Shown here one piece after another: positions 1 through 9,979 of a stretch of DNA of 64,000 bases. The stretch comes from Myxococcota bacterium (GTDB lineage Bacteria > Myxococcota_A > Bradymonadia > UBA7976 > UBA1532). The number at the start of each line of letters is the position of its first letter. The stretch's first letter is position 1. The stretch lies in NCBI GenBank assembly GCA_036337435.1, contig JAYZEG010000001.1, positions 96,001 through 160,000 of the forward strand, written 5' to 3'. The position numbers and the translations under genes were made by a program. A model generated the notes under the pieces. It was not told the origin of the DNA and made no database searches. It was given only the letters and a program-made list of their open reading frames with translations.

Positions 1-1
1 A

Positions 2-325
2 AGTGCCAAAGGATTGCTTCAGTTTCCGATTTCAGTGTTCACTGGATATCCATTGATTGGGACGGCATTCACAGCCCTGGGTCAGGTCAGCTCAACTCTA
101 GTTGCGAAAACAGCGGCCAAATTTCAGTCTCATCTGACTTTAGAATTCCACGCAGTCGATCTTTTGGGTTTAACAGAAGATGGCCTCGATGAGCGCCTTG
201 CGGTACAACCAGATCTCAAAGTCGGTGTTGAGCGGAAGAAAAACATCTTCAAGAGTGTTCTCAGCGCTGTCTCAAAGAGTCACAAATTCGAGAGATTAGA
301 TCATCTATCAAGTCGATTTGAATGA
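2..325 (+). CDS. hypothetical protein, 5'-truncated by the window edge
   Basis: Frame is open from position 2 to TGA 323-325 and ends 10 nt before the next gene's start. No recognisable motif. Confidence 0.5.
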   Translation, partial: SAKGLLQFPISVFTGYPLIGTAFTALGQVSSTLVAKTAAKFQSHLTLEFHAVDLLGLTEDGLDERLAVQPDLKVGVERKKNIFKSVLSAVSKSHKFERLDHLSSRFE

Positions 326-335
326 AGGGTTTACC

Positions 336-728
336 ATGAAATTAAACCTGTATTTCGCCGGTATCACCATCACCAGTCTCTTGCTCGCTGGCTGCGGCTT
401 GGTCTCGGAAGTCAGCCACTATCAACCCCGCTCAGCCAAATCAGCCGCCCGGGCATTTAGCGATGCCTTTAATGCAAAGCAACAACGGCAAATCGCCCTG
501 CTCATTCACCCGGCGCGCCGGGATATTTTCGAAGAAAACCGAGTCAGAGAGCGGAACCGAATCAAGACGTGGCGCCTTGTCAGATTCACCATCGGCGATG
601 CTGTGATGGTCCGCAGAGGCCTGCCTGGACGAGCCGTTCGCTTCGAATATCACGATGGACGACGCTCAAATGTCGTAGACGGGTCAGTCGTCAAAGTTAA
701 AGATCAGTGGTGGATATGGCATTACTGA
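336..728 (+). CDS. small lipoprotein of unknown function
   Basis: ATG at 336 gives MKLNLYFAGITITSLLLAGC (lipobox LAGC). C-terminal 'VVKVKDQWWI' resembles NTF2/DUF4878-type endings. Confidence 0.7.
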   Translation: MKLNLYFAGITITSLLLAGCGLVSEVSHYQPRSAKSAARAFSDAFNAKQQRQIALLIHPARRDIFEENRVRERNRIKTWRLVRFTIGDAVMVRRGLPGRAVRFEYHDGRRSNVVDGSVVKVKDQWWIWHY

Positions 729-2557
729 CACTGACAGTGATTCTAGGCCAATTCGCTCCGCTTATTGGACATGATGCGTCCAGACGTTTCTGCACGGGCG
801 CGTGCTCTGAACTCCAAGGGTTCTCACATCTGGCACCGGCCGATCTGACAACCCGACCCGTCGCCCATCAACCGGTGGCGGTCGCATCGCCAAAGGATGT
901 TCGGCCAAACCTCAAAAGCCTCCGAGTCGACATTGTTCTCAATGAGACCGTCCGAAGCCATATTCGGAAGTTCACACAAGGGCGAGGTCGATACACATTT
1001 GCGGGCTGGTATGCACGCATGGGACGATATGAGGTCATGATGAGATCAATTCTGGAGGGCCATGGATTGCCACCAGAAATTATCTACATTTGTATGATCG
1101 AAAGCGGGTTTTCTCCAGATGCTGTGTCACGTGCAGGTGCTGTGGGTCCATGGCAATTCATGCCCGATGCAGGTCGTGTGTATGGTCTGCGCCATGATGA
1201 TTGGGTCGATGAGCGGCGAGATCCTGTCAAAGCAACCCATGCCGCAGCAAAATTACTGAAAGACCTGCATCAACGTTTTGGTACGTGGCCCTTAGCATTT
1301 GCCGCGTACAACGCGGGCCCGGGTGCAATCATTGGCCCCATCCGTCGGAATGGAACGAACGATTTTTGGCGACTTGTGGAATTAGGAGCAATTCCCAAAG
1401 GGGCTGCATGGTATGCATCACGCGCCATGGCGGCGATGGTTGTCGGTCATAACATCGAACTCTACGGGTTCGATAAAGTGAGAAAAGCCAAAGCGATTGA
1501 TCCGGTACGTGTCGATGTACCCGGTGGCGTCGATTTGGCTGCTATCGCTCGGAAGATTGGGATGAAACGGAGCCAGCTAGCAGATTTAAATCCGGAACTC
1601 CGCCGCGGATTTACGCCCACCTATCCCAGCGGATATGCCCTCAATGTACCTCGGTCTAAAGCCAAACGATTGATGGACAAAGTCGTCGATTTGGAGAAGC
1701 GGAAAACACGTGTTTATCAACCCTACATCGTTCGCTTTGGAGAGCGTTTAAGCGACATTGCCTATCGCTTTCAAACCACTCGATCGACGCTCATCGCATT
1801 GAACAATATCCCGAACCAAGAGCCATCTGCTGGGCTGGAGATCATGGTCCCTCGCAGAGTTCCAAGGGCCGATCGGGTATCAAAACTATCGGTGCTCCAA
1901 GACCCTAAAATTCAGTTCAATTATCCGAATCGACAGCTGGCATACTTCCCTGTGCGACGCCATTTATCCCTGGTTGAGATCGCCGCTTTCTTCGACGTAT
2001 CCACAGGGATGCTCTCGATGTGGAACGGACTCGACCCCAATCTGCCGGTCCAGCGAGGCATGGTCTTGAGGGTCTACTTGAAAAAAGGATTCGACCGAAG
2101 TCGCGCTCTCTTGGTCAATCCAAGCTCTTTGACGAAGGTTGAAGCAGGCACGCCAGGTGCCCAAGCAACCCTGCGGTTTCTTCGCTCATCTCGCTCCGAG
2201 AATCGGACCATCAAATTACACACCATCAAACGGGGCGACAATCTCCGCAAAATTGCACGGAAATATAAAGTTGATCGCGATGCGATTCGCGCGGTCAACG
2301 GAGGGAAAAAACGAATCCGCATGGTGGTCGGCAAAACCATTCGGATTCCGGTGAGCGATGCAGGCCGGCCCAGAGGCAAAGCGGCAAAGCGGAGACCCAA
2401 GGTAGAGATACGTGGCAAGCGCTACACCGTCAAGAAGGGTGACACCCTGTCCAAAATCGCTAAGAAATTTGGCGTGGGTCTGAAGGCGCTCAGGAAAAAG
2501 AATCGAATTGATAAGCGGGGCCGCATCCGCATCGGCCAAGAATTGGTCATGCCATAA
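707..2557 (+). CDS. mltD: MltD-like lytic murein transglycosylase (SLT domain + about 5 LysM domains)
   Basis: SLT motifs MIESGF, AVGPWQFMP, AAYNAG. LysM repeats include YIVRFGERLSDIA, HTIKRGDNLRKIA, YTVKKGDTLSKIA. Confidence 0.88.
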   Translation: MVDMALLTLTVILGQFAPLIGHDASRRFCTGACSELQGFSHLAPADLTTRPVAHQPVAVASPKDVRPNLKSLRVDIVLNETVRSHIRKFTQGRGRYTFAGWYARMGRYEVMMRSILEGHGLPPEIIYICMIESGFSPDAVSRAGAVGPWQFMPDAGRVYGLRHDDWVDERRDPVKATHAAAKLLKDLHQRFGTWPLAFAAYNAGPGAIIGPIRRNGTNDFWRLVELGAIPKGAAWYASRAMAAMVVGHNIELYGFDKVRKAKAIDPVRVDVPGGVDLAAIARKIGMKRSQLADLNPELRRGFTPTYPSGYALNVPRSKAKRLMDKVVDLEKRKTRVYQPYIVRFGERLSDIAYRFQTTRSTLIALNNIPNQEPSAGLEIMVPRRVPRADRVSKLSVLQDPKIQFNYPNRQLAYFPVRRHLSLVEIAAFFDVSTGMLSMWNGLDPNLPVQRGMVLRVYLKKGFDRSRALLVNPSSLTKVEAGTPGAQATLRFLRSSRSENRTIKLHTIKRGDNLRKIARKYKVDRDAIRAVNGGKKRIRMVVGKTIRIPVSDAGRPRGKAAKRRPKVEIRGKRYTVKKGDTLSKIAKKFGVGLKALRKKNRIDKRGRIRIGQELVMP

Positions 2558-2561
2558 AGCC

Positions 2562-3794
2562 ATGATCAGCATCGATACCGCACAGTCCATCATCCTTCAT
2601 CACCTTCAGGCACTGGACGAAGAGAACTCACCGCTCGTAGACAGTATCGGCAGGGTCTTATCGTCCGATCTCACCGCAAACTACACATTGCCTGGTTGGG
2701 ACAACTCGGCAATGGATGGCTTTGCCGTCCGATTTTCCGATTTAAGCGGTCCAGACCCAATCTTAATCATCTCCGATGAAATCGCTGCCGGCGATGGATC
2801 TGAAAGACCCTTTAAAGCCCAAACGGCCGTTCGAATCTTCACGGGCGCACCGGTCCCGCCGGGTGCTGACACGGTCGTTATACAAGAAAACTGTCGTGTC
2901 CAAGAGAATCGGGTTTGCATCCACACGAAACCCAACTTGGGTGCAAACATTCGCAAACGCGGCTCAGATCTAGACATGGGCGACATCTATCTGAAAAAAG
3001 GTCGAGTCCTCACGGCTGGTGACATCAGTCTGGCTGCATCTCAAGGACGGGACTGGCTGCCAGTACATCGTCGAGCATCGGTCGCGATCGTCACGACGGG
3101 CAACGAACTCATTGAACCAAAAGAAGCACCACCGGCACGTGGACAAGTCGTAGATGGAAATTCAATCGCGCTGGCAGGCTGTGTCCAGGAAATGGGCGGT
3201 TTACCACATAGACTCGGCTCACTTATCGACGACGCTGACCTCATTTATGAAAAATTAAATGAATTAAAAACAGACATTGTGATCACGACCGGTGGTGCCA
3301 GTGTCGGGAAATTTGATCACGTTGCAGCGACAATAGAGCGGCTCTGTCAGGCAGGCTTCGGCTTTAATAAAGTCGCAGTTAAACCAGGTAAGCCTGTGAT
3401 CTTCGGACGCAGAGGTCGACAGCTTTTCTTCGGTCTACCCGGAAATCCGGTCAGCGCATTAGTCGCATTCGAACTCTTCGTTCGACCTGCGTTGCGTCAA
3501 CTACATGGGCATCGTTCTATTTTCAAAGCACCCATTGATGCCACCCTCGATGCGCCCCTTAAATCGGGCGGCCGACGGGTCGAATATAGACGAGGCCGTT
3601 GCTGGAATAGAGCAGGCCAACGAGTTGTTCGTGTCGAGGACAAGCAATCCAGTGGTGCGCTCACAAGCATCGCAGGACAGGACGTTCTGGTGCGAGTTGA
3701 TGTGGGCCAAACGGCATTGATGGCTGGCACGACAATTCAAGTTTTGCCACTCAATGATGAGTTTGGTTACACTGAAGAGTTCAAATCAGGCTGA
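2562..3794 (+). CDS. moeA: molybdopterin molybdenumtransferase MoeA
   Basis: DNSAMDGFA, IFTGAPVP, TTGNEL, TTGGASVG, KPGKP, GLPGNPVS. Start moved to ATG 2562. Confidence 0.95.
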   Translation: MISIDTAQSIILHHLQALDEENSPLVDSIGRVLSSDLTANYTLPGWDNSAMDGFAVRFSDLSGPDPILIISDEIAAGDGSERPFKAQTAVRIFTGAPVPPGADTVVIQENCRVQENRVCIHTKPNLGANIRKRGSDLDMGDIYLKKGRVLTAGDISLAASQGRDWLPVHRRASVAIVTTGNELIEPKEAPPARGQVVDGNSIALAGCVQEMGGLPHRLGSLIDDADLIYEKLNELKTDIVITTGGASVGKFDHVAATIERLCQAGFGFNKVAVKPGKPVIFGRRGRQLFFGLPGNPVSALVAFELFVRPALRQLHGHRSIFKAPIDATLDAPLKSGGRRVEYRRGRCWNRAGQRVVRVEDKQSSGALTSIAGQDVLVRVDVGQTALMAGTTIQVLPLNDEFGYTEEFKSG

Positions 3795-3840
3795 CATCGA
3801 CCCACATCAGATGTTATGAGCGGCTTACGACGAGTAGGGA

Positions 3841-5997
3841 GTGATTATGTATCGCAGCGCATTTACGAGTATTCTATTGGTTTGCATCTGCTCAATGGGA
3901 CAGGCTGAACGGTCTAATTATGGTTATAATTTCGCCTCGAACCTGCCCTTTGCGCATATCATTAATTCGGGTCCCGTGGCCGACGCCAGCCAAATCGGTT
4001 TTGCGAAGTATGCACGCGACTTGTCTGGTAAGTGGAAGACAGGTGTAACTCATAAAAACCGGTCAGCGGCCTACATACCCGGCTTGCAGAGTCACCTGTG
4101 GTTGCCCACAGGCGGACATTTGAGCAATCAGGATCTGGCGATCGAGTTCATGATCGACCCCCTAGGGTCGGACCAAAGACTAGATATTTTCGTCGCCGGC
4201 AAGAAAATCGGACACAAAGTGCTCAAGCCAGGCTGGCAAACCCACACCATTAAGGTGCCCAATAATTTGGTTAAAAAATCTGACCTCCATGTGAGGCTTC
4301 ATTTTCGACGAACCGTTGCTCATCGCGGTCGAAAAACCGCCGCAGCCCTCCGCTATATGCGCCTAAAATCCGCGACATCTCCAGAGCTCCCCATCGACGA
4401 GTCATCACTGAAAAATGTACTTAACATCGGCGATCTCACGGCCATCCGAATCTCACGGCAAACTGGCCTTGACTGGTACTTGGTTCCAGTAAAGGGTAAT
4501 CGCTTTACCGCAAATTCAACCGGCAGCCCCGTACAAATTTGGGCTCAAACAGATGGATCAAAGCCCAAGAAGCTCTCTCAGGGAACCACGCTCGATGTCG
4601 ATCTGTCACGCTACGCAAACAAAGCCGTTCGAATCATGCTTAGGAGTGCTGGGGACGCAACCATTCAAGGCGCACAGTTGACGGGCGGAACCCCGGGGGC
4701 GCCGAGCATCAATAAAGCACCTAAGCATGTGGTGTTTTGGCTGATCGACACGCTCCGGGCAGACAAACTCTCAGTCTACAAACAACGCAACGCAAATCGC
4801 CGCCCAAAACCCAGAACGCCTCATCTTGAGGCTCTGGCAAAAGAAGGCACAGTCTTCCAGAACTTCTGGGTTCAAGGCAATGAGTCAAAGGCCAGCCATG
4901 CGAGCCTGTTTACAGGGACATATCCTGCCGTTCATCGGGTGATTAATCACAAAGCAAACCTGCCAGGCAAACTCACGACCATCGCAGAAGCTTTCACAAC
5001 CCAGGGCTATCTCAGCGGCGGCTATGTCAGCAATGGCTATATCAGTCAAAAATGGAACTTTGCTCAGGGCTTCAACAAGAAAGTCTTCGTCAATAACATC
5101 CGAAAAAGCAGAGCCAATAATGCGAGAGCCATCTTGCGACAGGCCAAATCATTTATCGATAGATACAAAACCAAGCCCTTTTATCTCTATCTGGGTACGT
5201 CGGACCCCCACGTCACATACCGACGCCACAAAAACCTGATTAAACGCTATGACAACAAACCGTATTCAGGCCTATACCAAAAGAGTCTCACAGGAACGGA
5301 ATTAGGTGAAATCAAGAGCCGCAAGACACCACCATCCAAGCGGGATCAAACACGGATCGAGGCTCTGTATGAAAATGAAATCGAATTTAACGATATCCAT
5401 TTTGGCAAGCTGGTCGCACACCTGAAGGCCGCCGGTATCTATGATGACACGATGATCATCGTGTCGTCCGACCACGGGGATGAATTTTGGGAACATGGGT
5501 CATGTGGTCACGGACAGAGTTTGCATCAAGAACTCATCAGCGTGCCGCTCATTATCAAAATGCCCGGTTGGTTTCCAAAAGGTAAAAGGGTCTATTTTGG
5601 GACCGATGGAGTCGATTTGCTACCCACCATCCAGCGGGTACTCGGACAAACGCCAGCCGGCGATATTCAAGGGGAGGATGTCCTTGGGAAAGTCTGGTCA
5701 AAGGGACCGATTTATCCCATCGCTCAGGTGGCGAGCATGGGCGTGAAGAAATATGCGCTGCAGGTCGGCCCAGCCAAAGTGATCATGGCCGGACCCAGTG
5801 CGCTCAGCGTGTATGATACGGGCAACGATCCGGCCGAACAAAAGAACGTACTCAAAACCAAACCGATCTTGGTACGCGCCGCCATGGATCCTTTAGCGAT
5901 ATTCGCGCCTCGGGCATCAAAATGGAAAAAGAAGACCTGGGGTGCTGCAAACAACCTGGATCATCAATTTACTCGAGATAACGCGGGCCAGAAATGA
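3841..5997 (+). CDS. secreted sulfatase-like / alkaline-phosphatase-superfamily hydrolase with N-terminal accessory beta domains
   Basis: Signal peptide, then FWLIDTLRAD, SKASHASLFTG, DPH, SSDHGDEF, GHG, VPLII. The signature is non-canonical (not CxPxR). Confidence 0.85.
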   Translation: MIMYRSAFTSILLVCICSMGQAERSNYGYNFASNLPFAHIINSGPVADASQIGFAKYARDLSGKWKTGVTHKNRSAAYIPGLQSHLWLPTGGHLSNQDLAIEFMIDPLGSDQRLDIFVAGKKIGHKVLKPGWQTHTIKVPNNLVKKSDLHVRLHFRRTVAHRGRKTAAALRYMRLKSATSPELPIDESSLKNVLNIGDLTAIRISRQTGLDWYLVPVKGNRFTANSTGSPVQIWAQTDGSKPKKLSQGTTLDVDLSRYANKAVRIMLRSAGDATIQGAQLTGGTPGAPSINKAPKHVVFWLIDTLRADKLSVYKQRNANRRPKPRTPHLEALAKEGTVFQNFWVQGNESKASHASLFTGTYPAVHRVINHKANLPGKLTTIAEAFTTQGYLSGGYVSNGYISQKWNFAQGFNKKVFVNNIRKSRANNARAILRQAKSFIDRYKTKPFYLYLGTSDPHVTYRRHKNLIKRYDNKPYSGLYQKSLTGTELGEIKSRKTPPSKRDQTRIEALYENEIEFNDIHFGKLVAHLKAAGIYDDTMIIVSSDHGDEFWEHGSCGHGQSLHQELISVPLIIKMPGWFPKGKRVYFGTDGVDLLPTIQRVLGQTPAGDIQGEDVLGKVWSKGPIYPIAQVASMGVKKYALQVGPAKVIMAGPSALSVYDTGNDPAEQKNVLKTKPILVRAAMDPLAIFAPRASKWKKKTWGAANNLDHQFTRDNAGQK

Positions 5998-6860
5998 AAC
6001 AAATCAATGCGGTTGTGTTGCTAGCGACGTTAGGCCTGCTGGTCTTGACGAATGTCGCGACCGGCCAGGGCAGTGTCGTCGACAATCCCCGCGGCGTCGC
6101 CATGGGTGCTTTGTCGGCCGACGCCATCGGAACAAGTGGTATCATCCACAACCCGGCTGGCTTGAGCCGTGCTTACGTCTACCAAATCGACCTTGTCTAC
6201 CTGCGGAATGATCCCGGGAAGTTGAATATCACGGGTGTCAATATCGCCGATTCAAAATCTCAACCTGTTCTCGCGGCCGGCCTCAGCTATGGATTTCACT
6301 CCACAGACAAAGGGTCAGAGTTTGAACAAAAAGGACATGATGCTCGCTTGGGGTTCTCCCATCCAGCGATTCCAGACAAATTGCACCTCGGCGTCGGATT
6401 GCGGTACTTGGAAATCGAGCGAAGTGCGGACGACCTACAAGGTTTCACGGTTGACGCCGGTCTCATATTTAGTGCCACGAAGGGCTTTCACATCGGCTTG
6501 GTCGGAAAAAACTTAGTCGACCTTGATGACCCAATGGCGCCGAGACAAGCGGGCGGTGGGTTTGCGTTTACTGGAGATGCAGTCACACTCACAACAGATG
6601 TTCTCATCGACTTTAACCGTCATATCGACGGTCCAAAGCCCATCTTCGCAACCGGTTTAGAAGGTCTTATGGGTGATGCGATTCCCATTCGCATCGGCTA
6701 CACGAACGACCGAGTAACGGCGCATCAATTCATAGGCGGAGGCCTCGGCTTTATCGTACGCGAAGGGGGCGGTAACGGGCAGCTCATGCTCGCCTACCGA
6801 CATAACCTAACGGAAACGTCTAACTATACATTCGGCATTGGCCTGACCATGTTTTTGTAG
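5994..6860 (+). CDS. outer-membrane beta-barrel protein, PorV/FadL-like N-terminal motif
   Basis: Signal peptide, PRGVAMG...IIHNPAGL plug-like motif, alternating beta-strands, C-terminal FGIGLTMFL. ATGA-coupled to the sulfatase-like gene. Confidence 0.65.
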   Translation: MKQINAVVLLATLGLLVLTNVATGQGSVVDNPRGVAMGALSADAIGTSGIIHNPAGLSRAYVYQIDLVYLRNDPGKLNITGVNIADSKSQPVLAAGLSYGFHSTDKGSEFEQKGHDARLGFSHPAIPDKLHLGVGLRYLEIERSADDLQGFTVDAGLIFSATKGFHIGLVGKNLVDLDDPMAPRQAGGGFAFTGDAVTLTTDVLIDFNRHIDGPKPIFATGLEGLMGDAIPIRIGYTNDRVTAHQFIGGGLGFIVREGGGNGQLMLAYRHNLTETSNYTFGIGLTMFL

Positions 6861-6878
6861 CCGTTTTGAGTCGAGATA

Positions 6879-7454
6879 ATGTCTGAAAATGCCTCCAAAA
6901 ACCGAGACCATGACTTTCGCCGGTTCTTAAAAAACATCGCGTTTACCGGGTTGGCCCTGGTTTTTATATTCATCATCACCCGGCCAGATGGTGGACCACA
7001 ACTCGGATCAATGGCCCCCGATTTTAAAACCCAAACACTCACGAGACAAGCGGTCTCCCTCGACCAATACAAAGGACAGGTGGTCGTTTTAGATTTCTGG
7101 GCGACCTGGTGTGCACCCTGCCGTAAGACCCTGCCAGCACTCCAAATTCTGCACAAACGCTATCAAAACAGTGACCGTGTCCAGATCTTGTCGGTCAGTA
7201 TCGACTCGGCACCCAACTTGGCGCGCTATGTCGGCGCCTTTATGAAGCAGAACCAGTACAGTTTCCCAGTGATCCTAGATCCCAGCCGGGCCCTTGCGTC
7301 TCGATATAAAGTCAAGACGGTACCTACGATGGTTGTCATCGATAAATCCGGTGCCGTGTCCACCGTGCAAATCGGCTTGCTCAGCCCCCGAGTTAACCAA
7401 CTCATCGACCACATCGAAAAAGCCATCGCACAAGCAGAAGATTCCTCCAGCTAG
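6879..7454 (+). CDS. TlpA-family membrane-anchored thiol:disulfide oxidoreductase
   Basis: N-terminal TM, APDF, LDFWATWCAPC, cis-Pro loop TVPT. Confidence 0.92.
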   Translation: MSENASKNRDHDFRRFLKNIAFTGLALVFIFIITRPDGGPQLGSMAPDFKTQTLTRQAVSLDQYKGQVVVLDFWATWCAPCRKTLPALQILHKRYQNSDRVQILSVSIDSAPNLARYVGAFMKQNQYSFPVILDPSRALASRYKVKTVPTMVVIDKSGAVSTVQIGLLSPRVNQLIDHIEKAIAQAEDSSS

Positions 7455-7544
7455 CGTCGAGCCGAGCGGGAGGAATTGAACCTAAGATGACTGGTCTCCC
7501 AAGAGCGAGGGACAGACAAGCCTAAGTTATGATATCGTCATCGC

Positions 7545-8864
7545 GTGAAACACTCGTCGACAAGATTCAACTCGATCGCTTTTTTGACATCGGCCATCCT
7601 CTTGTCCGTGTGGCCATGCTTTGCCAACCCTTTCTATATCGGTCGTTTTGATGGTTTGCGGAGCGGGGCCCTGAATCAAAGTGCCTTTTCAACCTATTGG
7701 AATCCAGCCGGATTAACCACCCAAGACACGCGGCTCAACTTGCATTTACTCGGTGTGAATCGGAGCGCGAGTTTTGACCGTTATGCTGAGGAAAATAATG
7801 TCCCAGACGAGTTCAAAGAGGCAAACGCAGGCGAAAACACCACGGGCGCATTTGGGCTGGTTCCCTCAGCGGCAATTGCTCATGGAATGAACCTGGGGGA
7901 TTTTGATCTAGGCGTCGGGCTCGCTTGGTTTATTGATCGAGCAGGAAAAACCAAATGGAAGAAAAATTTAGCGGCACCTGCCGAATTTCCGGGTGCCATT
8001 GATGGTCCCCAGCGGTGGGCCACCATCAATACCCAACTCTTGATCATGAGCACGGGGCTCGGCATGGGCGTCGGATACCGTCCATGGGGACTGAGCATCG
8101 GCGTCACACCAGTCTTTAATTATACACGTCTCAGTACCGTCCGTGCCCGGAACCCTGACAGCGGCGATCGACTAATCGATGAGTCAGGAGGCCTAGCCGA
8201 AGGCCGCATTCTATTCGAAAATGGGGAGGCTTCTGCACTCTCGTGGATCGTGGGAACTCGTTGGCAACCATCACCAAATTGGGGTTTTGGCGTAAGCTGG
8301 AGTTCGGGTATCTCCTATGATGTGAAAGGACAAGTTCATATCTCCTTTGGTCGGGCCGATGAAACCCATGCGAATGCGCGCTTCGACTTACCCGTTCCAC
8401 AAAGCGTTCGCCTTGAATTGGGGATGGACTTCGGAACCATGATAACGCTGCGGCCCCAAGTGACCTGGACTGAATGGTCGGTTTTCGAGAAACAAGAGGC
8501 TGTTAATATCGAAAATGATGAAGTCTTGCTCAGCCAGGAGCGGAACTTTGACGATGTCATTAGTTATCGCTTGGCATGCGATTTAGCCATCAATCAAAGA
8601 TTAACTCTTCATACAACCGGTCAATTTGAACACGGCGCAACACCCGTGGACACGTTTGAGCCCGGTTTGGCAGAATCGAACAATTGGGAACTCGGACTGG
8701 GCGCATCGGTTCAGCTCACCGAGGCAGTAGACTTGTCGGTGAGCTTTACATGGCAACAATTTGTCGATGTTGAGGTGAGAAACAGCGTTCAACAACCCAC
8801 GATGAATGGTTTTTATACCGATGCACGCCAATACATCACTGTCGATCTCGAGGTTTCGCTATGA
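7545..8864 (+). CDS. OmpP1/FadL-family outer-membrane hydrophobic-compound transporter
   Basis: Signal peptide, YWNPAGL motif, beta-barrel pattern, 'LPVPQSVRLELG' and 'WTEWS' FadL-type segments. Confidence 0.8.
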   Translation: MKHSSTRFNSIAFLTSAILLSVWPCFANPFYIGRFDGLRSGALNQSAFSTYWNPAGLTTQDTRLNLHLLGVNRSASFDRYAEENNVPDEFKEANAGENTTGAFGLVPSAAIAHGMNLGDFDLGVGLAWFIDRAGKTKWKKNLAAPAEFPGAIDGPQRWATINTQLLIMSTGLGMGVGYRPWGLSIGVTPVFNYTRLSTVRARNPDSGDRLIDESGGLAEGRILFENGEASALSWIVGTRWQPSPNWGFGVSWSSGISYDVKGQVHISFGRADETHANARFDLPVPQSVRLELGMDFGTMITLRPQVTWTEWSVFEKQEAVNIENDEVLLSQERNFDDVISYRLACDLAINQRLTLHTTGQFEHGATPVDTFEPGLAESNNWELGLGASVQLTEAVDLSVSFTWQQFVDVEVRNSVQQPTMNGFYTDARQYITVDLEVSL

Positions 8865-9979
8865 CACGTTTGCTTTGCCTCATGATTCTGCTCACGGGCT
8901 GTGCTGCCGAGACGCCGAAGGACGATTATCGGAATTATCGACAACGCACAGAGACGGCTCGCACCGACATCTGTGCACAATCGACCGGCTCAGGACAACT
9001 CAGCGACCTCACGGGAATGTGGCTCATTCGAGCATTGCTCAACGGCGGTATTACCCTCGGTTTACGAATTGAAATTCGTGCTGCTGAGGGTGAAACAGCA
9101 GTGCCACCTAAACGGATTGAGGCTCGTTTCTGGCTGGAAGAAAACCCCCTCGACATGGAGCCAGTGGTGACCACGGTGGCAGATATTGGAGATGATGGAC
9201 GGTTTGTCATTATCGCCGATCCCCTTGAATTGGGACCTGAAACCTTGGGGTCGCCGTCGACGGTAGCCGCCAGAGTAGAGCTGCATGGCCAAGCAATCGA
9301 TGCTGATGGCTGGTGCGGCATCGTCTTTGGTAATGTGGTCAGTCCGCTGAATTTGAACTTGGAGGGCTCGACATTCGGTGCCAGTCGGCTCACCGATGGA
9401 CTCAACTCCGATTCAGTCCCCTATCGCTGCCCTGGTGATCCCTGTGTACCCGATGCCAGCCCACCTGAAGATACAGGTCTCGTGCCTGATGCCGGTGTGT
9501 CTATTCAACCAAATAGGCCCGCCTTCGACGTGGCGAGTGGACAGCGACATAACATTACGGGCGACTGGTTTCTCCAGGCCAATTTGTCTGGCTTACCCCT
9601 CAATTTGTGGATCTCACTCAATTATCGAAGCGGAGATGAGATCACCAGTCCGGCCTCCCTCGATGGCAGTCTGCGTTTGGCGACAGATCCCATCGAGCAA
9701 CCCGCTCGACTGACTTTTTCCGCACAGGTCAACGAAGACGGTGAATTCGACCTCTGGCTACCAAATCTAGAACTCGATATCGGAGCCTTAGTCGTCAGGG
9801 GTGATATTTTATTGTCAGCAGCAAGCTTTGACGATGGCTGGTGTGGATTGGCTGCTGGCAACGTCACCGATCCCTTCGAAATTGATCTCACTGGCTCGAC
9901 TTTCGGCGCACTGAGATGGATGCCCGGAACCGAGGCACCAGACGAACCGCTCAGTGCATGTCCATCAGATGACCAGTGA
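8861..9979 (+). CDS. lipoprotein with two tandem copies of an uncharacterised beta-rich domain
   Basis: Lipobox LLTGC. Duplicated motif DGWCG...GNV..P...L.GSTFGA.R...CP. ATGA-coupled to the FadL gene. Confidence 0.8.
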   Translation: MTRLLCLMILLTGCAAETPKDDYRNYRQRTETARTDICAQSTGSGQLSDLTGMWLIRALLNGGITLGLRIEIRAAEGETAVPPKRIEARFWLEENPLDMEPVVTTVADIGDDGRFVIIADPLELGPETLGSPSTVAARVELHGQAIDADGWCGIVFGNVVSPLNLNLEGSTFGASRLTDGLNSDSVPYRCPGDPCVPDASPPEDTGLVPDAGVSIQPNRPAFDVASGQRHNITGDWFLQANLSGLPLNLWISLNYRSGDEITSPASLDGSLRLATDPIEQPARLTFSAQVNEDGEFDLWLPNLELDIGALVVRGDILLSAASFDDGWCGLAAGNVTDPFEIDLTGSTFGALRWMPGTEAPDEPLSACPSDDQ

